Of a stretch of 38,373 bases of DNA, positions 12,348 through 23,819 are shown in pieces. The DNA comes from Octopus bimaculoides (lineage: Eukaryota). The DNA lies in contig NC_068996.1 in NCBI RefSeq assembly GCF_001194135.2, forward strand, positions 43,801,399 through 43,839,771, written 5' to 3'. Below the pieces are notes generated by a model, which saw only the letters and a program-made list of their open reading frames with translations, was not told where the DNA came from and searched no databases. Positions within the stretch are counted from its first letter, which is position 1, and the number at the start of each line of letters is the position of its first letter. The translations under genes were made by a program, and so were the position numbers.

Positions 12348-12580
12348 AAGGCAACAAGATGGCAGAATCATTAACACATCAGACAATATGCTGAGTAGCA
12401 TTTCATCTGTCTTCATGTTCTGAGTTCAAATTCCGCCAAAGTTGACTGCTTTTCATCTTTACAGAGTCGATGAAATAAGTACCAGTTGAGCATTGGAGGC
12501 AATCATCATCATCATCATTATCGTAATCAACAAGTCTCTCCTCAAAAATTTCAGGCCTTGTGCCTATAGTAGAAAGAATT
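12348..12580 (+). mobile_element. Family-B SINE
   Basis: Same consensus blocks as 7114-7332. Confidence 0.83.
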
Positions 12581-12668
12581 AATGTTTATGTTTGACAAAC
12601 ACTGACATTATCATATCTCTTACCTCTCAGAGCCAAAGCTAAAGGGAAACTTTAAGCTTTAATGAGCA

Positions 12669-12853
12669 TAGGTGAAGTTGTGGCTGTGTGGTAAGTAGCT
12701 TGCTTACCAACCACATGGTTCCTGGTTCAGTCTCACTGTGTGGCACCTTGGGCAAGTGTCTTCTACTATAGCCTCAGGCCAACCAAAGCCTTGTGAGTGG
12801 ATTTGGTAGACGGAAACTGAAAGAAGCCCGTCGTATATACATATATATATATA

Positions 12854-12944
<91 letters not shown>

Positions 12945-13147
12945 TGTGTTTGTCCCCCCCAACATCGCTTGACAACTGATGCTGGTGTGTTTATCTCCCC
13001 GTAGTTTAGTGGTTCGGCAAAACAGACCGATAGAATAAGTACTAGGCTTACAAAGAATAAGTCCTGGGGTCGATTTGCTCGACTAAAGGCAGTGTTCCAG
13101 CATGACCGCAGTCAAATGACTGAAACAAGTAAAAGAGTAAAAGAGTA
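12669..13147 (+). mobile_element. Family-A tRNA-derived SINE, full length, with internal (TA)n(TG)n microsatellite
   Basis: Head GTGGTAAGTAGCTTGCTTACCAACCACATGGTTC..GGTTCAGTC, CORE-like ccttgggcaagtgtctt, microsatellite, then tail ending GTAAAAGAGTAAAAGAGTA. Many homologous copies occur in the window. Confidence 0.88.
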
Positions 13148-13159
13148 TAGGATCTCTCA

Positions 13160-13310
13160 AAATTTTGGTAATGCCACTAATAAATGTAGTATAAATATTG
13201 CATGTAAACACACACTACACACAACATCACATGAAGTCTTTCATGGAACTAGACTGGCGGTTATGGAGATTCCAAGTTCCTCCTCGCAATATATCTGGAT
13301 TAAAGGAGGT
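13160..13310 (+). repeat. Unclassified interspersed repeat, with a second copy at about 33958-34110
   Basis: Shared blocks TTTTGGTA, GCATGTAAACACA and CAATATATCTG.ATTAAAGGA. Confidence 0.55.
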
Positions 13311-14295
13311 GTCAGACCATTAAATGCCGGAAAATCGATGGTGCGCATCATCATCATCATCATCATCGTTTAACGTCCGCTTTCCATGCTAGCATGGGTT
13401 GTACAACATTATTAACATCACTGATGCATTACACATTTTCCCAAATATTCACCTTATGAAACAAGCAGAAAACTAACACATCAGCTTATATGTTTATTTT
13501 AAAGAAATAAGATATTGAATAATGAAAGTAATTAAAGAACATAAATATTCAATAATGAAATTATTTAAAGAGCAAATGTATTTGGATAATGGAAGTATTT
13601 AAAGAATAGAATTATTTGCTATCGAAGGCACTTAAAAGAAGAAAGTGTTAGATATGGAAAGCATTTAAAAAAAAAAAAAACCAATACATTTGATATCGAA
13701 AGTAAATCAATATGACTAGCATTGTACTGATACACAATTCTAGTCATTGTAATGACGATAATGAAATGAAAATAAATGAACATCTCAGCTACCAATTAAT
13801 ATTGTTCTCTTTCACTCATTTATTCAGTGCATAATATATTTACACATGATTATCATAATTGGTGACTTCCTTTGTTGGTAAACTTGTAGCAAGCACATTC
13901 ATAGTTTGGCTCTTTACCTTTAAGTACCCACATTTTGGCTCATCATCATTGTTTTCTGCAGGTGGTCACATGACCATAACTGTTCATGCCTATTGGATGC
14001 ATTAAGTCATTCAATCAGACCACTTGTCTGACCAGAAAAGTGTGGTCCTTTTTGAGCCTACCCTTAGCTATTTAAGGATGACTTTTCCCTCTATTTTCTT
14101 CAGTGAGGTGGGTCAACACAGTGAAGCTCAGCTCTTTGGCAAAGAGCAAGTTTTATTTTGCTATGCATTCGCAGTGAGGAGAGAATTGTCAGCAGAGATT
14201 TTTGTCACCATGCTTTGTGTTTTTCCTACACACATCTTCGTGTTCAATCTGCAAGAAGAACCAATGCATTTTTATTAACAGAATTATTCATATGT

Positions 14296-14527
14296 ATGGT
14301 GAGCTGGCAGAAACATTAGCATGCCAGGCAAAATGCTTAGCGGTATTTCATGTGTTCACGTTCTGAGTTCAAATTCCACTGAGGTCGACTTTGCCTTTCA
14401 TCCTTTCAGGGTCGATAAATTAAGTACCAGTTGCATACTAGGGTGGATGTAATTGTCTTAATCCCTTTGTCTGTCCTTGCTTGTCCCCTCTATGTTTAGC
14501 TCCTTGTGGGCAATACAGAAATAAGAA
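14296..14527 (+). mobile_element. Family-B SINE with variant tail
   Basis: B head followed by the tail TAATCCCTTTGTCTGTCC...AAATAAGAA. Confidence 0.8.
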
Positions 14528-15083
14528 TTATTCATGTGTACCAGTTCACTGTATCTTCTATTAGCAGTGAAATAAATGTGGCAGTCAATTTTAATTTGGT
14601 ATTTCTTGATGTTCTTTATCATGACTCGTTTGAAACCAGAAGATTATAATATTACCAAGGCCTTAGCCACCTTCACCTTTTTCACCTCGTTAAAAACTGT
14701 TCAAATTGGATCTTACACTTAACCACAACAAACTGGTGGTGCCAACTTGCAAACATGCCCACATATAAAGAGATACTCATAACCCTTAGAAATTGGTAAT
14801 TCCAAGGTTCATTGATCATTGCACATGATTGTTACAAACTGGTGACTACCAATGTTTATTGATCATGACAAATTGGTGACCCGAACATTTCATAATCATT
14901 ACAGATCTTATGTCAACGGTTTTGTCAAAACAGTTTATTGTATGCTTCATATATTAGCTTCAAAATAACATCTTAGCAAATTCTGTCATGTTTATAACGC
15001 CATTTATTCCCAATACACATTATTTCTTTCTATCTTTTCTCTTTTGTCTTAATTGAAATGACATTTTAATATTTTCTGAAATT

Positions 15084-16019
15084 AAGGTGACAAGCTGGCA
15101 GTAACATTAACAAGCCAGGCAAAATGCTTAGCAGTATTTTTTCTGTCTTTACGTTCTGAGTTCAGATTCTGTTGAGGTCAACGTTGCCTTTCATCCCTTC
15201 AGAGTCGATAAATTAAGTACCAGTTGCATACTGGGATCAATCTAATCAACTGGCTTTCTCCCCAAGAACTGCAGGCCTTATACCTAGAGTAGAAAAGAAT
15301 ATCAGAAGGTGACAAGCTGGCAGAAACGTTAGTGCCCCAGGCAAAATGCTTAGTGGCATTTCATATCTTTACGTTTTGAGTTCAAATTCTGCCAAGGTCA
15401 ACATTACCTTTCATCCTTTCAGGGTCGATAAATTAAGTACCAGTTGCGTGCTGGGGTCGATCTAATCGACTGGCCCCTTCCCCAAAAATTTCAGGCCTTG
15501 TGCCTAGAGTAGAAAAGAATATTTTCTGAAATTATGAGGATGGCAAGCTGGCAGAATCATTAGCACACAAGACAAAATGCTTAGTAGCATTTTGTCCATC
15601 TTTAAGTTCTGAGTTCAAATTTCACTGAGGCCAACTTTACCTTTCATTCTTTCAGAGTCGATAAAATAAGTACCATTTGAACACTGGAGCTGATATAGTT
15701 GTATGCTGTCAACTGAATGTGACAGTCCCCTGAAGAGAATAATACTACTGTTGGTTAAACCTAGGAAGCTGCACCACTTCCTGTCGGCCTTGACACTAAC
15801 AGGAAGCGGTGCAGCTTTCTAGATCTAACCAACAGTAATATTATTCCCTTCAGGGAACTGTCGCATTAAGTTGACAGCATACAACTACTTCATCGTATCA
15901 ATACTGCATAAATCTCTCTGAGAGATTTAGAAATGTATTATTTCTAAAACTGAAGTTGATATAATCAGCTTATCCTTCCTCCTAAATTGCTGGCTTTGTG
16001 CCAAAATTTGAAATCATTA
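15084..16019 (+). mobile_element. Three consecutive family-B tRNA-derived SINE copies
   Basis: Units at about 15084-15301, 15305-15521 and 15535-16019 (the third is interrupted at 15698-15949). Each has AGCTGGCAG...TTCTGAGTTCAAATT...GTCGATAAATTAAGTACC...GGCCTTGTGCC. Confidence 0.87.
15698..15885. mobile_element. 188-bp foldback (MITE-like) element
   Basis: Arms of about 87 nt (GTTGTATGCTGTCAAC...CTTCCTGT and ACAGGAAG...GTTGACAGCATACAAC) around a 14-nt loop, with TA on both sides. Confidence 0.8.
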
Positions 16020-16079
16020 TTTTCTGAAATTGTCTTACTAAAAGATATGTTTTTTTTCTTTTTCTTTTTTCTTTTCTAG

Positions 16080-16524
16080 GTTTCATATGGGCTGAATGCA
16101 AACAACTGTGGGAAGAAGGGCTAAAAGCATATGTACGCCAATGGTGGAATTGGCTTGATTTTATTATGTTATCACTTTACCTGGCTACATTCTCGTTACG
16201 AATCGTAGCTTACATTCAAGTAGAATCAGGGAAATATGGACCCGATAACATGCAAAGGAAAAACTGGCCAGTCAATGACCCAACTCTTATATCTGAAGGA
16301 CTTTTTGCAGTTGCAAATGTTTTTAGTTTTGCTCGAATTATATTTTTGTTTCAAGCGAATCAACACCTCGGGCCGTTACAAATATCATTAGGTTGCATGT
16401 TGATAGATATTGCAAAGTTTTTATTTATATTCTTCTTGGTTTTAACGTCATTTGCGTGTGGTCTAAATCAGCTATATTGGTACTACAACCCAAGCAATAA
16501 CCCAGGAAATCGAGCATTTTCAAC
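16080..16524 (+). CDS. TRPC: TRPC-family cation channel, internal exon A (S2-S3-S4-S5 and pore turret)
   Basis: Polypyrimidine tract and AG at 16078-16079; donor GTAAGT at 16525. Phase 1 in, phase 2 out, 445 nt. Translation (G)[33 protein letters not shown]...[25 protein letters not shown]...[19 protein letters not shown]...GLNQLYWYY...AFS(T) carries the TRPC motifs KQLW, WNxx[18 protein letters not shown] and AFST. The ORF track covers 16166-16528. Confidence 0.96.
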
Positions 16525-16543
16525 GTAAGTATATATAATCTTT

Positions 16544-16942
16544 ACTCTTTTACTTGTTTCAATCATTTGACTGTGGCCATGCTGGAGCACCGCCTTTAGT
16601 CAAGCAAATCAACCCCAGGACTTATTCTTTGTAAGCCTAGTACTTATTCTATCGGTCTCTTTTACCGAGCCGCTAAGTTATGGGGAACATAAACACACCA
16701 GCATCAGTTGTCAAGCGATGTTGGTGGGAGAAACACAGACACACAAACTCATACACACACATACATATACATATATATACGACGGGCTTCTTTCAGTTTC
16801 CGTCTACCAAATCCACTCACAAGGCTTTGGTTGGCCTGAGGCTATAGTAGAAGACACTTGCCCAAGGTGCCACGCAGTGGGACTGAACCCAGAACCATGT
16901 GGTTGGTAAGTAAGCTACTTACCACACAGCCACTCCTACACT
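16544..16942 (-). mobile_element. Family-A SINE, full length, antisense, with 14-bp TSD
   Basis: Reverse complement of the 12669-13147 type. TATATATAATCTTT is duplicated at 16530-16543 and 16947-16960. Confidence 0.9.
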
Positions 16943-17042
16943 TATATATATATAATCTTTGTTTCAATTTTTCATGATCATATATATATATGTGTGTGTG
17001 TGTATGTGTACACTTGCGTGTTTTTATATAGAAGTACATTAC

Positions 17043-17075
<33 letters not shown>

Positions 17076-17349
17076 TAATGGGTGATCCCTTTTTTATCTT
17101 TTCAAAGAAAGCCTAATTTTTGTTATTAGTGTTATTTTGGTTGTTGTTGTTGTTGTTGTTGTTGATGGTGGTGGTGTTGTTTTGTTGTTGTTTAATTCCA
17201 TGTCTGTCTTGGTTGGTTTGAGATTGAAGTTATCATCATACTGACCAAAGCAAATACAAAAAAATGAAACTTACTCCCTACTTATATTTTATATTTAATT
17301 ATAATTCCAGGGAATGCCACCTCCTTTTTCTTTTCTTAACTATTTTTAA

Positions 17350-17567
17350 CCCTTTAACATTCAGATTATTCTGTCAGATGTAAAGATTATTTATTCATTG
17401 TTTTGAATTTATCATCCATTATTTCATAGCTTTGAGATTTCAATGATGTGATTGTTTACTTCTAGAATGACATTGCATGGTAGTTGTGAGAGGCCTGATC
17501 CAGTCAGTTTGAACATAAAGCTGTTAGAATATTTGAGCCAGATATGGACAGTTTGAATACTAAATGG
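17350..17567. mobile_element. piggyBac-like MITE, second family
   Basis: TTAA|CCCTTTAACATTC...GAATACTAAATGG|TTAA. Confidence 0.72.
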
Positions 17568-17689
17568 TTAACCATTACACATAATTGTATATTTTTCTTC
17601 ATCACTAAGGCAGAAAATTAAATTAAAATATCTTAGCTTACTACACCAAGTGTGTTACCATCTACTTTACTATGGGTAAATGGTACAAA

Positions 17690-17895
17690 AATTATCTGAA
17701 GGCAGTGAAGCACATCAGACAAAATGCCTAGTGGCATTTCTTCTGACTCTTTATATTCTGAACTCAAATCCCACCAAGGTCAGCATTGCCTTACATCTCT
17801 CCAGGATTGATAAAATAAAGAATCAGTCAGTTACTAGAGTTGATGTGATCAACTTGCACCCCTCCCCATCAAAATTACTGGCTTTGAACAGACCT
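17690..17895 (+). mobile_element. Family-B SINE, degraded
   Basis: CAAAATGCCTAGTGGCATTTC...GAACTCAAATCCCACC...GATAAAATAAAG. Confidence 0.68.
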
Positions 17896-17899
17896 AAAC

Positions 17900-18960
17900 A
17901 TAACAGCATTAGGAGTGGATTGCATAAATGTATGTAGTCTGAGGACATCATTGAAGCAGGAGTGCTTGCTCAATGATGTCAGGTCATTAGCTATGGGTGT
18001 GTTAGCCATCAGTGAGACCAAGATTGCTGAGGAATCCATTTTTCAAGGACTTTGAGATCTATACATCCCTGAGCCAACCGGGAATAGAAGTTAGAGTAGC
18101 AGTGTTACTTCAGAAAGGTTCAAATCTCTATATATAGTTAATCTTTCTTGAACCCAGACAGTAAGTTGGAGGCCCTGGACATTAAAAGTAATAACAATAA
18201 ATGCCCTCAGACCAATAGCTTCTTGCAGGGCAGCCAGATTTCTTCAGATGTCTAGAAGTTTTCCCCAGAAATCCTTTTCATTAGTGGATATATGCTTGGA
18301 TTGTCTGTGGCTAGCTGATAGATCAAGTATAAGAGTCTCTCAAATCTGCTCATATGTTTCCAGCTGACTGAAATTTCTAGAATGCATCCACATCAGGGGC
18401 AGTTAGCATCAGTCATCTAGACTGCATCTAGACAAAGTATTCTGTAAGTCAGCAAACAGGAATAGCATAGGGTGTCTACAATTCAAATTAGTCTACTGCA
18501 TAGACTAGAAATTTGTGATCTGTTCAGTCAGCCTAGATAGGTTGCATAGACAGAGACCCAATTGCTGGAAACTGAAAACGTCTTTCCCAACACTCCAAGT
18601 TTGCAGAGATTGGATAAGAGAACTAATTAAGAAGAATTTTACAGAGGCAACCAACAATAACCAATGGTGGTAGAAAGCCTAGAAAAGGGTCATTAGGTTA
18701 CAGTTAATAAGGTTTAGTAAGGAAAGAGTGGGGGGAAAATCAAGACTAGAAGGAGAGCTAGTTAGTAACCCAGAAGAGATGCTTAGAAGGACTTGCATAG
18801 CTGAGAGGGAGGGCAGTAGGGGTAGCACTTTTAAAGGGGCACCACTTTTGGGTCTGCTGTAGGCAACATGTGTTTTGTGGGGTCCAGGGTCAGCAAACAG
18901 AAGGGCCACCCCGGGCAGCACACACTCTGGTTACGTTAGTGCTTAGGAGGGGCATTGCAA
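17900..18960 (+). mobile_element. L1/Tx1-like non-LTR retrotransposon ORF2 remnant (APE endonuclease region)
   Basis: Broken frames give CINVCSLR...LLNDVRSLAMGVLAISETK, then KSLSNLLICFQLTE, SRLHLDKVF and CWKLKTS. These match the APE motifs NVxGL, xETK, LDRxF and the L1-type WKLN linker, with many stops. The 3' boundary is uncertain. Confidence 0.65.
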
Positions 18961-20418
18961 CTGATGTGCTTATAGTAAGATTGGTTCTTGACCAGTTCTT
19001 CTATGCTTAACACGAAAATTGCATTATGTGCTTTAAGACATGAGGGAATGAAAACCATTTGATGGGCCCAGATGGCAGAGACACAACATGGTAACAAAGT
19101 CACAGTTGAGGTAGATAAGTATTTGGTACTAAAAATAAGTAACCTTCACACCAGTACTCCAGCATGGCCAGTGACTGCAGTCCAAAGACTGCAATGAGTG
19201 AACAAAAAAGTGCATTGTCTATGATACAAAAATATTTTATTTAGTTTTATGGAGTGAAAAAACAAAAATACTTAAATGGTTTATTAATTCACTAATAACA
19301 TAAACATGGTATCTTTAAGAACTCCTGGTGATGTATAGATATCAAAATGTACATCTGCACATTTTTGTAATGTACATTTGTTAATGAGATTTGAACTTCT
19401 GACCTACATTTTACATTGAACAGTTATACAGATGATTGATGGTGTGATACATATCTCAAATGCAATATGGAATACTAAACTTTAACAGGCTGTGAACTTT
19501 TGCCTTAGTTATACCTTACATGGAACATTAAATAATTATCTGTACTCCAATTGAAAGGAAAGAGAAACTACTCCATCAGATGGGAAAATAAAAATAAGGT
19601 TGAATTAATTCAGGTTTTTAAGAAAAATAAGAACATTCTATTTATCAGATAAGATGTTCAGTTTTATTCTTTTATGTTTTGTGTTTTGGGTTTTTTTTTT
19701 GATCTGGGGTTAACCAAGAGAAAAAATTTGGAAAATAAGACTGATTATTCAATTTCTGTCAGTGAGTGGAGGTTAAATAAGAGAAAATGAGGAAAATAAG
19801 ACAAATTACTCAATTTCTTTCAACACGTGCAAGTTAAATGAAACAAATTATTTGAGTTCTTTCATCATCTGGAAGGTAAATAAGAGAAAATGAGAAAATA
19901 AGAGAAAAACTGACAATGAGGTTACTTGCAGCTAAAATTGTGCAGATAGTGAATCTCGAAGTCAGTTATTTGTTTGGCACCATCAGCAAATTTTGGGGGA
20001 ATTTATTTTAACTCACAGTGTCTGTTGGGTAAGAAAATTCAGTAAACAAAAACCGTGTAGATGCAAGTGGATTCGGCAATGCTATGTGATTATAATGTTG
20101 TGCAGGAATAAGTTGAAACTAGCTATGGAAGTCTGTTGAACCAAAAGTATTATGACAGTTCAGGAATGTATCCATCATTCTATTTCTTTTGATACAGCAG
20201 GAATGATACGGAGCAGTTCTTTAAAGATATTGACAGATTAACAATAAGAATAGGCATAAATGATTCCCAGAAAATAGCATTCTTAAAGCAATTGTATCCA
20301 TATTCAGTTTTTGAACATGTTTTCTACAATGTTCATAAATCATTTTCATGTAAGAGGGAGATTTTCATGCATGCTACAAATCATGAGTTACAATCATAAT
20401 AATAATAATAATAATAAT

Positions 20419-21062
20419 CGCAAACTATTTGCTCTAGACTTGCCCAAAACTACTGGAAGTTGTGGCAACATGATGAGGTAGCAAAAGTGTTACATTGGAA
20501 ACTGTACAAAAAGTGGGGACTAGAGAGAGGCAAGATGTGGTATGAGCACAAACCACAGAGTGACGGAGTCAGAGACTCGCAAAATCTTCTGGGATTTCCC
20601 AATCCAAACAGATCAGGTGCTAGAGCATAACAGACCGGACCTAGTAGTGGTGGATAAGGTGCACCACATATGCAATATAGTTGATGTTGCATACCCCTTT
20701 GACCTATGAATAGTCAAGAAGGAAGGTGAAAAGATAGATAAATACAATCCTCTTAAGTATGAAATAGCCCAGCTATGGAAAATGAAGAGGGTGGAGATAG
20801 TGTCAATTATTGTTGGGTCCTTGGGAACAGTATCGGAAGGCATCAAGAGGAATATAAAGGAAACTGGAATAGAGTGCCCAATAGAACTGTTACAAAAGGT
20901 TTGCCTCTTTGGCACAGCCAGAATAATCAGGAATGTATTAGATAGTTGAAAAGAACAGATAACATGGAACCATAGGCTGCAGGTAGGAAGCCCGCTACGC
21001 ATGCAAGGCACCAGGAGTTCTAATAAACCTATGATAAAAAGAATTATTGATAATAATAATAA
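20419..21062 (+). mobile_element. 5'-truncated R4/Dong-like RLE non-LTR retrotransposon 3' end
   Basis: 20439-20949 translates (one frameshift, one stop) to QHDEVAKVLHW...WYEHKP / KIFWDFPIQTDQVLEHNRPDLVVVDK...IVDVAYP...KIDKY...IIVGSLGTV...LQKVCLFGTARIIRNVL, i.e. the RPD...D restriction-like endonuclease. (TAA)n lies on both sides. Confidence 0.85.
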
Positions 21063-21084
21063 GAAGAAGAAGAAGAAGAAGAAT

Positions 21085-21217
21085 AGTAATTCTTTCTACT
21101 ATAGGCACAAGGTCTGCAAATTTTGGGGAGAGGTTTAGTCAATTACACTAATTCCAGTGATTGACTGGGATTTTATTTCGTCTGCTCTGAAAGGATGGAA
21201 TATAAAGTTGACCTTGC
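21085..21217 (-). mobile_element. Family-B SINE 3' part, antisense
   Basis: TTCTTTCTACTATAGGCACAAGG is the reverse of the B tail. Confidence 0.75.
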
Positions 21218-22391
21218 CTCGCTGAAAAGCATTTATTTCTCTCCTTTCATTTATAGATTGTCATCATACAACTACACAACCCTGATCTTCTTGACTTATC
21301 AACAGAGAAAAGTAGACCCTCTTACTCTTTCTCTCATTTTTTTTTCACTAGTCTTCTAGCAGTCAACAAATGATGAAGTTAACTACCTACAGAATGGATA
21401 ACAGAAATGAAAGTAATCATTGTATAACAGGAACTCGGAAAAAATAATCTTATACGTTGTAATGATGATAATTAAAATCCATTTCAACCAATGATATTTT
21501 TTTTCCTCGCTTGCTACATATTATCATTATATGTCTTGTCCCACGTAAATGATATTAATGCTCACTTTCGGCAGTACCAACTCCCAATATGAACAGCAAT
21601 AAGGAAATAGAAATATAGGATGTGTTAACCCAACCAAACCAAGTTCTCAATCATATAGAGGGGGGTGTGAATAACACTAAATGCTTCCAAATGTACCTTT
21701 TTTTTTTCAATTATCTTGCTCTAATCATTCTGGGTTTCTTTTTTGTTGTTGTTTTTAATTTGTTGATATTTCCAAATCCCCTTTACTTTTGTATATTCTC
21801 ACACATCTTTTATTACCTTCCTAGTTTTAATGTTTAATGTAACAAAATGACTGAAAATGCATCTAATTTCTCTTGATATAACTAAATAAATAAGTGAAAG
21901 AACTATAACTTGTTTTATCGGAAGAATTATTACAACATCGAAACAGTGTGAGGCTGTCCTAACAGTGTCTACAAATCTTAGTACCACTATATCCTGGAGT
22001 ATGCCTGTGCCTCTTCTTATATGCTTTTAGAAATGTTTGTTTCATTCCACTTGTACCAATTGAAAATGGACTGAAAAAGTACAATCCTCAGCTGCTAGAA
22101 TACATTTAGTTCAACAGTTAGGTAGGTGTAAGTTAAGTTGTATAGTAATTTTCTAAAGTAGATTAGAGTTTCAAATGGTCACTAGAGAGCTTTTTCTTGA
22201 AGTAGATGAAACTTAGGGGCTAAATGTATCATTGTTATTATTGTATTGCATCTCCAAGCTTTGTTGTATTATCATTATCAGAACTATCTTAATACAAAAA
22301 GGCGTTTTGCTTCAGGAGTTTCACCTAAGTGACACCTGTCATCTATATTAAAGGATATCTGGATATTCCTTCCAATATTTCTAGAAACGGT

Positions 22392-22610
22392 AAGGTGGTA
22401 AACTGGCAGAATCATTATCATGCCAATCAAAATAAATGCTTTGCAGTATTCATCTGCCTTTACATTCTGGTTCAAATTCCACCGAGGTCAGCTTTGCTTT
22501 TTATCCTTTCAAGGTCAGTAAAATAATTACTATTTTAGCATTAGGGGTCTATGTAATTGATTTAATTCCTTCCCCCAAATTACTGGCCTTGTGCCAAAAT
22601 TTGAAACCAG
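22392..22610 (+). mobile_element. Family-B SINE
   Basis: AAACTGGCAGAATCATT...GGTTCAAATTCCACCGAGGTC...CCAAAATTTGAAACC. Confidence 0.8.
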
Positions 22611-22703
22611 GATTTCTAGTGGTAATGGCCTACTTTTCTGTGTTGTAAATATTGTTGTTTTTGATACCTCATTCAAGCTCAATTTGTGCATCTAAAGCAG
22701 AAT

Positions 22704-22958
22704 GAAGGCACATGGCTTAGTGGTTAGGATGTTGGACTCCTGATTGTAAGATTGTGGTTTCAATTCCTGGATCAGGCAATGCATTGTGCTCTAGGGCAAA
22801 ACACTTTATTTCACATTGTGCCAGTCTACTCAGCTGGCAAAAATGAGTAATCCTACAAAGGACTGGCTTCCCATCCAGGTAGGGAGTTTATATGCCATGG
22901 AAACCGGGGAACCGGCCCTTATGAGTTGGTGTGACTCAAGAAAATAATTTTACCTTCT
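22704..22958 (+). mobile_element. Family-C SINE
   Basis: CATGGCTTAGTGGTTAGG...GGCAAAACACTTTATTTCAC...CTCAGCTGGCAAAAATGAGTA. Confidence 0.8.
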
Positions 22959-23567
22959 ACCTAAACCAGAGATAACTCTTTGATTTATATATAGGAAATC
23001 CAGTTTTCAAAGACATTGATAATGTAAATGCATGCTTTTATGGTTGGTCTCAGAAAACTGTGGTATTTCCATTATGTTTTGGGTTTTTAATTAATCTGTA
23101 GTATCATCTTCTTTTTGTATTGATTCTTCCATTTCTGCATGGGATCTGTTGAAATGCCTCCATAGATTTGTGAGAACTTCCCTCCCTTTTTTTAATTTTT
23201 TCTTATTTGTATGTAGTTACAGTAATCCCTCGATTATCACAGGTATTANNNNNNNNNNNNNNNNNNNNNNNNNNNNNNNNNNNNNNNNNNNNNNNNNNNN
23301 NNNNNNNNNNNNNNNNNNNNNNNNNNNNNNNNNNNNNNNNNNNNNNNNNNNNNNNNNNNNNNNNNNNNNNNNNNNNNNNNNNNNNNNNNNNNNNNNNNNN
23401 NNNNNNNNNNNNNNNNNNNNNNNNNNNNNNNNNNNNNNNNNNNNNNNNNNNNNNNNNNNNNNNNNNNNNNNNNNNNNNNNNNNNNNNNNNNNNNNNNNNN
23501 NNNNNNNNNNNNNNNNNNNNNNNNNNNNNNNNNNNNNNNNNNNNNNNNNNNNNNNNNNNNNNNNNNN

Positions 23568-23788
23568 CCCTTTAGATACCAACCTGGCTGAAACCACTTC
23601 TGGCTCTGAGTACAAATGTCTTGTTTACAAAAGTTTTGAATTAAAATCTTCCACCAAACCTTAGTCACAATTTATGTTCCTAACACTAGCTTAATGATAA
23701 CCAAGTTATTTAACTAAATTCTTTACTATATTTAGAATTAATTAAAAGAAACACAGAGCATCTCAACAGAAATATGGTAACAAAAGGG
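23568..23788 (+). mobile_element. piggyBac-like MITE, copy 1
   Basis: CCCTTT...AAAGGG followed by TTAA (23789-23792). The left TSD is hidden in the gap. Confidence 0.72.
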
Positions 23789-23819
23789 TTAAAATATATA
23801 ATAGAGAAACAATTCTTAA

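Noticed and set aside
13505-13680. Degenerate 33-35 bp tandem units (similar ones at 14730-14910 and 19700-19915)
   Set aside because: Highly decayed AT-rich minisatellites with no spacer structure; not CRISPR-like and not coding.
21558-21578. Resemblance to the 5' end of U6 snRNA (GTGCTCGCTTCGGCAGCAC)
   Set aside because: Only about 20 nt with several mismatches, and no downstream U6 sequence.
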